The notes under the pieces are model-generated. The model made no database searches. It was not told the origin of the DNA and saw only the letters and a list, made by a program, of their open reading frames with translations. 64,000 nucleotides of DNA from Octopus vulgaris (lineage: Eukaryota): NCBI GenBank assembly GCA_951406725.2, contig OX597822.1:68200001-68264000 (forward strand), written 5' to 3'. Both the position numbers and the translations under genes were made by a program. How positions within the stretch are numbered: the first letter of the stretch is position 1; every line of letters starts with the position of its first letter. Shown in pieces: positions 1 through 15,400 of this stretch.

Positions 1-674
1 TGGTTTGCTTGCTCGTTACCGTTCAACTCATGGACACAAGCAACGAAAAATGGTGCCTGTACATCAATATGAAGCAGAGTAAAGAATGGCTTAGTCCCGG
101 AAAACAAGCGTCACCGTACGTGAAACAAGATCTTCATCCGCGTAAAACAATTTTGTGCACATGGTAGGACTGGAAAGGGATTTTCCATTACGAATTGCTT
201 GAACGGAACCAAACGGTCAACGCGGAACTCTATGTTCAACAGAAGGAACGACTCAACACGGCTATTCAAGAGAAGAGACCTAATCGGCAGCATGGAGTTC
301 TTCTGCTGCACGACAACGCCCGCCCTCTTATCGCCAATATGACCAAGGAAGCCATTCAAACGCATGGCTGGGAAGTGCTGCCACACCCACCGTACTCTCC
401 TGATTTGGCACCAACGGATTTCCACCTCTTTCGATCTCTTTCAAATGCTAAGCGTGGAGTTTCGTTCAATAGTGATGCAGAATTGAGAGCTTGGTTGGAT
501 CATTTTTTCTAGTCGAAATCAGTTGATTTCTACCAACGAGGTATTGAAAATCTTTTTGAACGTTGAGAAGTTGTAAACAAGGCTGAATACATTATTGATT
601 AATTAGTTGGTATTTTTTATTAAACCTTTTAAAAAATTTAAATTTCAAAAAGCGGTGAGAACTTAGTTGCCAAC

Positions 675-678
<4 letters not shown>
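1..678 (+). mobile_element. Mariner (DD34D) transposon, 3' part with decayed transposase and right TIR; 5' part lies outside the window
   Basis: ORF 195-512 contains LLHDNARP and HPPYSPDLAPTDFHLF (mariner catalytic motifs), with premature stops. Ends in AAAAGCGGTGAGAACTTAGTTGCCAACCTAA followed by TA, which runs into (TA)n. Confidence 0.93.
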
Positions 679-742
<64 letters not shown>

Positions 743-749
743 CAGACAT

Positions 750-1582
750 ACTGCGGTAAATATATTGTCTAAATTATACAAAAATAAAAATAACACTGAC
801 ATCTCATTTTAACAAACATATTTACCAAAATCACATAAAAATATCTTGAAATACTTAGAGTAAATTTATTCAATAAAATTGCCATTGTTTCAAACGACTT
901 CGGAATCTCCTACAAATCTTCTGGACGGTCCCCTTGTTTAAGATGGTCAATGCTGCCATAACCCTTGCTTTCAGTTCATCTTTGCTGTTACAAAGAGTGT
1001 TGTTGTCTCTTGCTCACAGCAAAGGGGTTGCAATCTGGGGAGTTAGGTAGCCAGATGGTTGGGGTGATGTGGTCGCAGAAATTGTCTAACAACCATGACT
1101 GGGTTCTCCTGCTTGTGTGACATGGTGCAAAGTCCTGTTGCCAGACATAGGATCTTCCACCAGCCACCCTCTTGACCCAGGGAAACACTACCTCTTGATG
1201 TAGGCCTCTGCGTTGAGTCTGAGGCTGTGTGGGAAGACGAATCGAGGCATAACGTCGCCATCAGTAATGATCACACCGAACACCATGATATTGACTAGAT
1301 GTTTGATTTTCATCACTCACTGTAAATGTCCTCAAATTGCACTTTCATCAGATTGTCACCCAAACACTCTGAAATGTTCGTATCAGAGCTTCAGACGCGA
1401 ATGCCAAGCAGTACAGCATGTCGTTTCCAAATTTCTAGCAGAGTTGCGTCATGGTACTGATTTTCTCACAGGCAGGCCCAACTGGCCCTAATATACTGTA
1501 TCGTCGACAAAATCAGAAACAACCAATGCGCATGCGCGAAATTAAGAATGTAAAATGGGGACAATTTATCCATTGAACCCTG
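750..1582 (-). mobile_element. Tc1/mariner-superfamily remnant (maT/DD37D-like), internally deleted
   Basis: Minus ORF 988-1188 reads YVWQQDFAPCHTSRRTQSWLLDNFCDHITPTIWLPNSPDCNP (QQD-x-AP-H and W-PNSPD-NP motifs). Terminus CAGGGTTCAATGGATAAATTGTCCCC at 1582 abuts TA. The other end is degenerate. Confidence 0.75.
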
Positions 1583-1699
1583 TATGTATGTCTATATGCG
1601 TGTGTGTGTGTGTGTGTGTGTGTGCGTGTGTGTGTGTGCGTGTGTGTGTATGTATATATGCATGTATGTATGCATATATGTATGCATAACTTGTACTTT

Positions 1700-2000
1700 T
1701 TTCATTCAGTCTACGGTCATGTTGAGACACAGTCCTGAAGAATTCTTAGTTGAATGCAGTGATCCTTGTACTTATGTTGCATTTTCTAAAACTGGTATTA
1801 TTGAATCAGTTTCTCTTACCGAACCGCTAAGTTACTGGGACAAACCATACACAAAGACACACGACGGGTTTCTTTTCAATTTCCGTCTACCAAATCTACT
1901 CACAAGATTTTGGTCGACCTGAGGCTAGACTAGAAGACATTAGCCCAAGGTGTCACACAGTTGAGAAGCAAACTTCTTACCTTACAGCCACGCCTGCACC
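1700..2000 (-). mobile_element. SINE family A (tRNA head, CORE-like body), decayed copy
   Basis: Matches the intact copies at 24036 and 62094 (CCGAACCGCTAAGTTAC; TTTCCGTCTACCAAATC; CCCAAGGTG). Confidence 0.75.
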
Positions 2001-2042
<42 letters not shown>

Positions 2043-2088
2043 GAAAAAAAGTCAAGATAGAAAATGCTAAAATAATTTTATAAAAAAC

Positions 2089-2132
2089 ATTTCAGTACCG
2101 GTTCCAGTCATTGAGACTTTTTCAACTGTAAC
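2089..2132 (-). ncRNA. Minimal hammerhead-like motif (U3-A8 core variant, ACCGGT stem III), A13G in this copy
   Basis: Minus strand: CAG-TTGAAAA-AGTC tcaat GACT-GGAAC CG GTA-CTG. Stem I CAG/CTG, perfect 4-bp stem II, GUA cleavage triplet. Confidence 0.55.
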
Positions 2133-2272
2133 AATTAAATAATTAAATTTAGAAAAATTAAAAGAAAAGTTTTTTTTTAAGAATATTTGTATAGCGTTCA
2201 AATACAAGTGGCATTTTCCTTGTTTCTGCCTGTCTCTGTCTCTCTTGTTTACTCTTGTGGGTTCCAGGTCCT

Positions 2273-2312
<40 letters not shown>

Positions 2313-2733
2313 ACACACACAAGTGCATAAGATTGTAGATATTTAGTATACCTTACATAGGTCGCAGGCGGTCTTCTCAGACAACTCAGAGACACAATGC
2401 TAGAATATATAAAGAGTTAATATTACTCTTATACCAATGATTAAGTGTTAGGTGAACCTTGATGGTTCTCATAATCACTACATTTGACATTAGTGTCGAT
2501 AACTCCAATGGCTAAAGCACTGGAAACTATAAAATCTACCATTTTATTTCTTAAATAATCGAATAATACTCTTTTATAATTAAATTCTAAAGCATCCAGC
2601 CATGAATTCGATTAACATTTTATCTATAAGTGTACAAACATAGATATAAACCTGATTACATAGACTCACCCTCAAACACGCGACCACATGCAAACACACG
2701 CACGAACACTCACACACACACGCATCACACGCG

Positions 2734-2772
<39 letters not shown>

Positions 2773-2775
2773 TTA

Positions 2776-2815
<40 letters not shown>

Positions 2816-3057
2816 TGAATATATATGTATTAGGTATTACGGATTACGTTGTTTCAAGTTTGTTTTTATCGGAAGTGGTGTGCTGTTTATATATACATAT
2901 AGACAGATGACTCCGGGTTCAAGGCACAGGCGTGGCTGTATGGTAAGGTGTTTACTTCCAGTTTTAGTTTCACAACGTGGCACCTTGAGAAAATGTCCCG
3001 GACCAATCAAAGTTTCGTGTATGAATTTGGTAGACAGGAGACTACAAGAACCCTATG

Positions 3058-3620
<563 letters not shown>

Positions 3621-3683
3621 TATGGATATATATATATATATAAAACTTACTTGGAAGAAGATGCGTGCGTTCGATCATATAAT

Positions 3684-4029
3684 AACAATTTAGTAAATAA
3701 AATATATGCATACATACATACATATATGTACATACCTACATCTATATGTATATATACATGCATATATGGGTACAGGATACCACAAATAAACGTAGAACAC
3801 AACGAGAAACGAAAACATAAAAACAAAACAAGGAAACGGACTTCTTTTTAACAACGAAAAAACAGAGTACAAGACAAACAACAGGAGGGACATTCCCCTT
3901 CTTCAATTGCCCCTGTTTCGACTCATTGCGTGTTTCGAAGGTAAACCCATATATGCATGTATATATACATATAGATGTAGGTATGTACATATATGTATGT
4001 ATGCATATATTTTATTTATTGAATTGTTA

Positions 4030-4030
<1 letters not shown>
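3684..4030. mobile_element. Fold-back insertion: about 85-bp inverted arms around a 170-bp spacer; putative Penelope-like fragment
   Basis: 3684-3771 is the reverse complement of about 3945-4030 (both ORFs read [15 protein letters not shown]). The spacer has GAAAC-N9-GTC on the minus strand next to the right arm. (TA)n follows. Confidence 0.6.
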
Positions 4031-4089
<59 letters not shown>

Positions 4090-4102
4090 ATTATATAGAA
4101 GG

Positions 4103-4153
4103 AGCTTCTACAGGACTAGTACTGTTTCATTCAAGAGAAATCTTCAGGAAGCT
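4103..4153 (-). ncRNA. Type-I hammerhead ribozyme motif, intact core
   Basis: Minus strand: AGCTTC-CTGAAGA-tTTC tctt GAAt-GAAA-CAG tactagtc CTG-TA-GAAGCT. 6-bp stem I, stem III loop with palindromic ACTAGT, GUA site. Base of stem II is a U-U mismatch. Confidence 0.75.
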
Positions 4154-4509
4154 ATTTAACAAGAATTGTATTAGCATTTATACATTTAGGCAGGTTTAAA
4201 GGAGTGGTGGTGGGGGACTTTTTGGGGGTAGGCATAGCGCAAAATATCATACTTGGGGGAGTGGTCAAGGAGTCAGTGGTAAGTTAGATGAAAGAATAGA
4301 TAAATAAAAAAATAAAAAAATAAAAAAATAAATAAATATATTTTTTTTTATTTTTTTATTTATCTATTCTTTCATCTAACTTACCACTGACTCCTTGACC
4401 ACTCCCCCAAGTATGATATTTTGCGCTATGCCTACCCCCAAAAAGTCCCCCACCACCACTCCTTTAAACCTGCCTAAATGTATAAATGCTAATACAATTC
4501 TTGTTAAAT

Positions 4510-4559
4510 AGCTTCCTGAAGATTTCTCTTGAATGAAACAGTACTAGTCCTGTAAAACT
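4510..4559 (+). ncRNA. Mirror copy of the hammerhead motif with damaged stem I
   Basis: AGCTTC-CTGAAGA...GAAA-CAG tactagtc CTG-TA-AAACT; the 3' strand of stem I is mutated from GAAGCT. Confidence 0.6.
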
Positions 4560-4570
4560 CCTTCTATATA

Positions 4571-5013
<443 letters not shown>

Positions 5014-5024
5014 AAAAACAAAAA

Positions 5025-5055
<31 letters not shown>

Positions 5056-5560
5056 TACATACAATAGAGTGAGAGAGTACATAGCTAAAATATTTGCTAT
5101 GCACATAAACTATACTGCTATTTAACAGTGTAGAAAGATCCACGTTCCAGAATATAAGGGTTTGTACAAATGTCAGTCTTTTGTGGTTACATTCTTTTTA
5201 TTAGGTGAGCCACAAGAAGCGGAGTTATGCACATGTCTTTTGCAGGCTCTTTCATACCGCTCGCTTTGACGCAATTGTTCTCCAGTATCTTCAGGAAAAT
5301 TTCGGGTTGAAAAGGAACCGATAGGAGAGAAGAGTTAAACGGGTGCAGAAGACACAGCTTACCAAGAGGCATACAAGGTTCAGCTCTAACGCTTAAATAC
5401 TGGAATTGCTTGTAGTTGCGTGTGCATATATGTATGGGTGTTGCAAATGTTGTTTTTGTTGCTTAGCCCCAAATGGAGCCTACCTTTAATAAAATTAGCA
5501 CAATTTAAATGCATAATTGTAGACTTAACTCTTCACATGGTTTAACTCTTGGGCGTAAAC

Positions 5561-5883
5561 CAGTGATTATCAACCTGGGGTTCATATAAAATTTTCAAGG
5601 GTCAATGCATGCAAAATAGTAAATTGAGAATCTACAGTTGTATTTTAAATGTCCGTGGAAAAAAATTTGCTTTAGATGTATTTTTTGCAAGAAACGGCCA
5701 TATTTAATTCTCAAATGATTTACGTAGCTCAAAATGTTTCTGACCACTGGAACATTTTCTCTCAGGGAATGTTTTTGCAAACCTAAACCTACACAGGTGA
5801 ATGTATGAAATATATGGGGGTCCACCAAAATAAAATTTAAAATCAAAGGGATCCAGCGGTAAAAAGATGGTTGAGAACAACTG
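5561..5883. mobile_element. hAT (Charlie-like) MITE
   Basis: TIRs CAGTGATTATCAACC and GGTTGAGAACAACTG; 8-bp TSD GCGTAAAC (5553-5560) and GTGTAAAC (5884-5891). Confidence 0.88.
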
Positions 5884-6142
5884 GTGTAAACCATTCAGAG
5901 CTCGGAGGCCCTGGAATATGATGACTTAAACTGCCGTTTTCCATCTGAGCCGTTACATATTTTAAAATAACCAGACCTTTTGCTTTTCACATAGATTCCA
6001 AATTTATTCAATGTGTCCTTTTTTCTTTCGAAGATTGTAGATCACATTCTGGAGAGGAATTGGTGGCTAATTCTAGAATGCCAAGCGACATCATAGAGAA
6101 TCCTTAGTTAGCTTCAGTATGCGTACATGTGTGATCTTTTGT

Positions 6143-6181
<39 letters not shown>

Positions 6182-6543
6182 TGCGTGAAAGAGAGATGTG
6201 TAAATGTGTGTGTGTGTATGTGTATATGAATGTGTGTGCGAACTGACGTTGTGTGGGACATATGTAATTAAAATATCGACTGTGCAGTCAAGTAGAACAT
6301 GCATTTAACGCTATGTAAAATCCGTGCGGGTATATATATATATATATACATGCATATATGTGTGTGCGTATGCATGTATATGTATATATGTATGTAAATA
6401 TAGATTGATAGGTAGATATACGTATACATATATAGATAGAGATATATATATTGTCCTCCTACTCTCTCTTTCTCTTTCTCTCTCTCTCTCTCTCTTTCTG
6501 TATGTACGTGCATGTGTATGTATATATATATATATTTATATAC

Positions 6544-6598
<55 letters not shown>

Positions 6599-6740
6599 GC
6601 ATATATATACATGAGTGTGTGCGTAAGTGTACGTATGTAGATATGCACACGTGTGTGTGTGTGTACACCTGTCTCAATACCAATGTGTAACAAACAGCTA
6701 TCTGCTGTTGTTGCGGACTCTATTACAGTAATTTATGTAC

Positions 6741-6774
<34 letters not shown>

Positions 6775-7189
6775 CGTGAGAAAGAGGGGAAAAGCGAGAG
6801 AGAGAGAGAGAGAAAGGGAGGGGGGAACGCGCATGCAGCAGTTTATGACTCAGCTTAGGAAACTCGGTTTCAAAATTTGTCACATGATCCTACGTCATTT
6901 CCAATGGGATATCACTAGTTATTGCCATCGATGCAATACTGTTTTAAATACTGTTTAGTGGTGATATATTTTCTAACGTCTGTATGCCGTCAATTTGCAG
7001 AGGATTTAAACAAGTACCAGTTACGCACCGGGGTCGATGTAATCGACTTAATTCCCTTTGTCTGTCCTTGTTTGTCCCCTCTATGTTTAGCCCCCTTGTG
7101 GGCAAGAAGAAAATAAATATGCAGAGAATGAGCGGCACTTAGGTGTGAATGGCTATAAGAGGTTTGCCTCAGAGAATTCATTTGCATCA

Positions 7190-7356
7190 CTTACACGTTT
7201 CAGTCATTTGACTGCGGCCATGCTGGAGCACCGTCTTTAGTCGAACAAATCGACCCCCAGGACTTATTCTTTGTAAGCATAGTATTTATTCAATCGGTCT
7301 GTTTAGCCGAGCTGCTAGGTTCCATGGACATAAACACACCAACATCGGTTGTCAAG
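7190..7356 (-). mobile_element. SINE family A 3' part
   Basis: GTTTCAGTCATTTGACTGCGGCCATGCTGGAGCACCG is the reverse complement of the tail at 62440-62490. Confidence 0.85.
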
Positions 7357-7523
7357 TAAACTCAGGCAAAAGTTGAAATCCCACTCAACTTGATATTCAT
7401 TAACTTGTCTCTTCTCTCATTATAATCACACCATCAGTAAATACACCATTATTATTCTTAAACCTACATCAAAATAGCAATTTTATTTTAATATAAACAA
7501 AATATGTGCATATATATATATAT

Positions 7524-8465
<942 letters not shown>

Positions 8466-8882
8466 AAAACGAATGGCCACAAAAGTGGATTCCTAGACGC
8501 TAGAGATTGACGTCAAATCGCCTTACCACAAAGAGTGTGTTCTCAAGAAAACAACTCAGTAAACGCCAAAATGTAAAAAAAAATAAGCAAAGCAAATAAA
8601 AATTTACAAAATAAAACTATTACCTACGTATTATGATTTTATTATTAATACTTGCAAAATACAAGTATCTATACATCATCAGCGTAGCCTGTCGTATTTC
8701 AAAACATATTCTCACAGAACTATACACAGAGACGTTTTCCCGAAAGGAAACTCATGTACAGTTCTACAAAATATATTTGTGGTATTTTTCAAATGTCTTC
8801 ATTTTGGCGCGCTACTGCTGGAAACAACCCTGCAGATAATAAATTACCGCAGTTAATTTACCGGTTTGGGAACATTGCTATT

Positions 8883-9199
8883 GGGGTAGGTTTTCGATCA
8901 AAAGGGATCGTAAGAGGGAAAGAAGAAAAAAAAAGAAAAAAAGGAAAAGAAACAAAAAAAAAGGAGAAAAAAAGAAAGGAAAAAAGGGGAAAAAGAAAAA
9001 AAAGCGATCAATAGGGATCGTGTATCAGTGATAGATAGATAGATAAGTTTCTTTATTGGCCACACAGGGCTGCACACAGATGGGACAAGTTACAAGGTAG
9101 AGCTTTTCTTTTGGGGGAGAAAAAAAAGGTGGCGTAGGTTTTCGATCAAAAGGGATCGTAAAAGGGGAAAAAGAACAAAAAAAAAAGAAAAAATAGATA

Positions 9200-9200
<1 letters not shown>
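8883..9200 (-). mobile_element. Two tandem truncated LINE-like 3' UTR pieces in (GATA)n
   Basis: GTAGGTTTTCGATCAAAAGGGATCGTAA occurs at about 8886 and 9134. The minus strand ends ...GTGGCCAATAAAGAAA (9048) followed by (TCTA)n. LINE origin is inferred. Confidence 0.55.
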
Positions 9201-9246
<46 letters not shown>

Positions 9247-10417
9247 TGTGTATGTATGGTTTATAGATTAGAGGCAGGAATTCTTTGCATAGAATACACT
9301 TTGTTGTGCTCGAGAAATTTAAACTTGACCAGACAGAAAAGTAAATGTAAAGACAAGTAAGTATTTGATATTTTTTGTATATCGATTTGCCCAACTTGTA
9401 AGTATATGTATGTGTGTATTTGTATAATTCAGAGAAAATGGATATGACTATATATTAGCTATTGGCGCCGGAAACAGCCTTTGTAACGTATATTAATTAG
9501 CATATCCAACTTAACTTCAGCGTGTTATTTAAACACTGTAAGCTGTGCATCTAGTATAGACGTTGAATGTCTGAAAGCACAGATTATATCGGCAGACGAA
9601 ATTTTGTCAACACCGGTGAATGGGACTGTTGTAAAATGTGATTTCAGCATAATTTGCAGTTCCTAAACAACAGGAAGCTTTCCACCGAATACCAGATCGA
9701 AATTCCGTCAAAGCGATAATTTGCACCCAGACTGCCAGTTTTTGTGACATCACAAGGGACCCAGATTTATATAAAACGTGTATAAGCTCATTAATGACCT
9801 AAGGCGGGAGAGATTATTTGTTGAGGATGATGAACTAGATGAGACACGGAGGACATTCCACTGAGATCCATTTCTCTGAATGAAGAATGGAAGAAAACAT
9901 TTCATAATATTTTATATACTTACAATTTCGTTTTCATTTTTGTTCTATTGTATGTCAGGTATGGGGTATAAAATGTAGTGGAGTTAACGAGAAGAGGAGA
10001 TATTGGTGAACAGATAAAGGAATGGGTGGACAGTCTGTACGCTTCAAGCTTACTTGTATACGTGTGTATATATATATACATATGTATAAGAGAGTGTGGG
10101 ACGGTTGGGGGTTGCGTATAAGGCAAATTGGATGTAAATATGTGCGGTGATAGTTTGTATGTTTTTGCGTTTTTTTCAGGAAAGGTAATGACATAAGTAT
10201 GTGTGTATGTGTTTGCTTGTGAATGTATGTATGTATGTAAGCATTACATGTGTATATGTGTGTGTACGGGGGTTTATTTGTGTAATTACTACGATCATTC
10301 ATTATCCGTCCTTTACAGTCTCAACCACTTTTGTCTTCTATGGTTCCTCTGTCGTTATTTTTTTGTTTTGTTTTTAGTTTCTCTGAGAATTACATGTGCA
10401 TGCACTCCCTGACTGCC

Positions 10418-10454
<37 letters not shown>

Positions 10455-10499
10455 TTTCTTTCTGAATAATCATTTCCATTTTGCACTTGGTCCCACATT

Positions 10500-10610
10500 C
10501 TCATTCAGACACAAGCATATACGAATATATATAGATATATATATATGTGTGTATATATATATATATATAGATAGATAGATAGATACATACATACATACAT
10601 ACATATATGC

Positions 10611-10656
<46 letters not shown>

Positions 10657-10743
10657 ATGTATGTATATGTATATACATGTATATATATATGTATGTATAT
10701 ATATATACATCTATCTATAAATATATATACATATATATATTTG

Positions 10744-10800
<57 letters not shown>

Positions 10801-10870
10801 AATATATATGTATATATATATATATACATGATATATGTACTCATATAAATGATGTATTACGCATATATGG

Positions 10871-10913
<43 letters not shown>

Positions 10914-10969
10914 CAAATACACAAAAACATATATATACATATATACGCATGTATGTATATATATGTATG

Positions 10970-11008
<39 letters not shown>

Positions 11009-11060
11009 GTATGTATATACGTATGGTTGTTGTTATGTTTGCATATACATAATATATATG
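10500..11060. repeat. Compound (TA)/(TATG)/(GATA) microsatellite field
   Basis: Directly visible. Comparable fields lie at 4576-4806, 6330-6660, 7818-8032, 13395-14150, 33240-34620, 42980-43620, 44790-45800 and 51190-51770. Confidence 0.97.
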
Positions 11061-11259
11061 CGCATACAAATGCACGTCGCATTCTACTCACTCAGTGTCC
11101 GATGTAGTGATGCGGAAGCAGAAGCGGCGTGTCGCGCCAGCATTTTCTAAAGCAAGAACCGAGCGCGCTAAAATACCGTTTAATTGTCAGCATTCATTTG
11201 TCGCCCTTCATGTTGCCTGCTTTTCCACACGACTGCATTGCTTACACTGTGTACTACCA

Positions 11260-11288
11260 GCACCACCATCACCACCACCACCACCACC

Positions 11289-11343
<55 letters not shown>

Positions 11344-11374
11344 TTAATAATGATAATAATTATTATTGTTGTTG

Positions 11375-11409
<35 letters not shown>

Positions 11410-11413
11410 ATCA

Positions 11414-11453
<40 letters not shown>

Positions 11454-11850
11454 CATAGTGGTCGGTATCATGTGACAAATACAAACTTTTAAGCGCCAGT
11501 CGTGCATCGGTTGCATTTTTGTGCAATGTCGTCGGGATCAAGTTCTGTTTGTGAATCTCCATGACAACAACTGTTGACAGAAAGAATGGCATCTTGGGCA
11601 CATGGTGGCGATGGTGAGCAGTGGTGGTGTTTTGAACACACACATTCGATGGTGGCAGTATGTAGCGAAATTATGGCTGCGGTGGTGGTAGTGGTGGTGG
11701 TGGTCGTCGTCGTCGTCGTGATGGAGGAGGTGATGGCGGGTGGTGGTGGTGATGATGATGCCGATGATGACAATGATGATCATGATGATGGCGGCGGTAA
11801 TGATGACAACGATGATGATAACGACGATGATGGTAACGATGACGATGATA

Positions 11851-11881
<31 letters not shown>

Positions 11882-11985
11882 TGATGACGACGATGATAAT
11901 GATGATGATGACGATGATGACGATGACTGTGATAACGATGATGATGATGATGACGATAATGATGACGATGACGACGATGATGACG
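11260..11985. repeat. Compound trinucleotide microsatellites (CAC, CTA, TTA, GGT, GAT/GAC)
   Basis: Directly visible; explains the poly-H, poly-T and poly-D ORFs. Confidence 0.95.
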
Positions 11986-12088
11986 CGGCATTTGATTCGA
12001 CGTTCTGTGCTTTGAGTTCAAATCTTGCCGAGATTAGCTTTACACTTCTACGTTGCGGGATCGATAAAAAAATGGTAGCTGATTTGGT

Positions 12089-12611
12089 GGCACAAGGTCC
12101 GAAATTTTGAAGGAGGGGGTCAGTCGATTAGATGGACCCCAATATGCAACTGGTACCTAATTTATCAACCCTGAAAGAATAAAAGGCAAAGTCGGCCTCA
12201 CAGAGAGGACAAACAAGGACAGACAAACGGATTAAGTCGATTATATCGACCCCAATGCGTAACTGGTACTTAATCGACCCCGAAAGGATGAAAAGCAAAG
12301 TCGACCTCGGCGGAATTTGAACTCAGAACGTAACGGCAGACGAAATACTGCTAAGCATTTCGCCTGCATGCTAACGTTTCTTACTTTTTTACTGCCGACA
12401 AGGGGCTACACACAGTGAGGGCAAACAAAGACAGACAAACAGAGTAAGTCGATTATATCGACCCCAATGCGGAACTGGTACTTAATCGACCCCGAAAGAT
12501 TGAAAGGCAAAGTCGACCTCGGCGGAATTTGAACACAGAACGTAGCGGCTGACGAAATACCGCTAAACATTTCGCCAGGCGTGCTAACGTTTCTGCCAGC
12601 TCACCGCCTTA
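12089..12611 (-). mobile_element. Tandem array of three family B (Meta-domain-like) SINE units
   Basis: Repeated ATCGACCCCGAAAGGATGAAAGGCAAAGTCGACCTCGGCGGAATTTGAACTCAGAACG; single head AAGGCGGTGAGCTGGCAG at the right end. Confidence 0.9.
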
Positions 12612-12618
12612 ACAACAT

Positions 12619-12873
12619 AACAATATAAGATCCACAATGTTGACAACAACAACTGAGACAACAACAACTACTACAATAAGATACACATTTGCTACAATAA
12701 CAACAATAACAAGGAGAACGACGATTATTATAACATAAATAACAACAACAATATAAGATCCACAATGTTGACAACAACTGAGACAACAACAACTACTACA
12801 ATAACATACACATTGGCTACAATAACAACAATAACAAGGAGAACGACGATTATTATAACATAAATAACAACAA
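12619..12873 (+). repeat. Two-copy tandem duplication of about 128 bp in a CAA-rich region
   Basis: AACAATATAAGATCCACAATGTTGACAAC...GGAGAACGACGATTATTATAACATAAATAAC occurs twice with few differences. Confidence 0.9.
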
Positions 12874-13391
12874 CAGCAGCAACAAAGCATAAGATCAGCA
12901 ATGGCGAAAACGGCGAGAACAACATCGAGAACAACAACGACGATGGTGACCATATGAATAACAACAACAACATGACAAGATAAGCTCGACAACTATAACA
13001 GGGAAACAACTGCTAATATATCAAAACCAAAGACATCAGCAATAACAACAACAATATTGCAAGGAACAACATGAAGTAAACCACGCCCACAACAACAAAA
13101 AAAGACTTCAACGTCATCAACAGCAACAGCAAAAACATCCACGAAACAACAAAAGCAACACCAACATCTGCTAGTTAACAAGGAATAGGTAGGGATCGTT
13201 TAAGAGAGGATAAGAGGATATAGCGGTATAGGTAGGGGATCTACTAAAGAAAGGTCACATATGCCTTCCCCGTGTAGAATGTGTTAGGAGGGAGAGGGAG
13301 TCTTTAGATTGCATGCAATTAGCAATATCAACAAGCTCAAAATGGTGGAAATTGCTTGCGTATAAACAGCTTATTATTCGGCTAATATACA

Positions 13392-13522
<131 letters not shown>

Positions 13523-14056
13523 CTCGCATACAAACATGCATCACATACATAACCACGTATACATACATGCTTACGTATGTACGTACAAAGCATGTATGCA
13601 TATATATGTGTGTGTGTGTGTGTGTGAGTGAGTGTGTGTGTGTGAGGTTGTGTGTGTGTGTACATATACCTATGTATGTATGTATATTATATATATATAT
13701 ATATGTGTGTGTGTGTATGTATGTATATGTATATATATATACATATATATATACATATATATATATATACTTCAGGCTACTGTTCAAGCCAAGGATATAT
13801 ACATAAATATATATGTATATATGTGTGTGCGCGTGAGTGTATATACACATATATATATACACACATTTATTCTACAATCCTTGTCAATTATATAGCTCCA
13901 GCTCTGTAACACATTCCATGCATACACGCAGCTCATACACAAACTTACACACACACCTATACCTGCATATGTGTATATACAAATATATATAATATCCATA
14001 TATATATATATACATACATATATACATATATATGTATATATATATATTGGATATAT

Positions 14057-14118
<62 letters not shown>

Positions 14119-14619
14119 CTTCTAATTTATATATATATATGAACAAATATACAAATACAACTCGCTGATGTATAAACGACTAATGAACGTGCACTTTTAT
14201 GTATTGTGTTTGTGTAGTGAGTGTGTATATGAACGCGCATGTGGGGTTTTGTTTCTGTTTGTTTTTTGCACGACACATGTGTGGTGTGGAGGTATTTATG
14301 TGCACAGATGTCCGTGATAGATTGAGGTGCACAGATGAATTGACTCATAGGCATTCAGACATAGCAGATTATCAGATAGACAAAGCCAGGCTGACAGACA
14401 AACGGACAGACAGACAAACCGGCAGACAGACAAACAGACAAACAGACACGTAGACGGACACACGGACAGACAAAGGATAGGGAAAGGGGTACAAATACAG
14501 ATATGCAACAGACAGAAAGTTGAGACGGAAAGCGATGCATGCTGTCATACATACATACATACATACATGCATGCATACATACATACATACATACATACAT
14601 ACATACATACATACATACA

Positions 14620-14653
<34 letters not shown>

Positions 14654-14884
14654 ATTACATACATGATTACATACATGCATACATGCATAAAACATTCCGG
14701 AAGTTTTCATGTACTAAAGGCATGTCTACACGTGTGTAGACATGCAAACATGTGTATGTGAACAGATTTATAAGTAAAAACATGCTTGTCCCCACCCTCA
14801 ATGCATTGATATAGAGGCGTTTAGACATGTGTATACCTGTGCATACAAACAACCACATCTTGAATATATGTGTATGTATATATT

Positions 14885-14939
<55 letters not shown>

Positions 14940-15059
14940 GTGTGTATGCTTACATAAATACATATGTAACATAAAAGATTTGTTTCCAGGTTAGGAACTA
15001 GCTCTTTCTCCATTGATGAGAAATGAGAGAAATGCAATCAGGATACTATATACATACAC

Positions 15060-15400
<341 letters not shown>

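Noticed and set aside
2490-2545. Possible decayed HHR (TCGATAA...GGAAACTATAAAATC)
   Set aside because: Too many core and stem mismatches to support without a consensus.
11574-12110. 178-aa Asp-rich ORF resembling an acidic biomineralisation protein
   Set aside because: Built from (GGT)/(GAT)/(GAC) microsatellites, open in several frames, and ends inside a SINE; no independent gene evidence.
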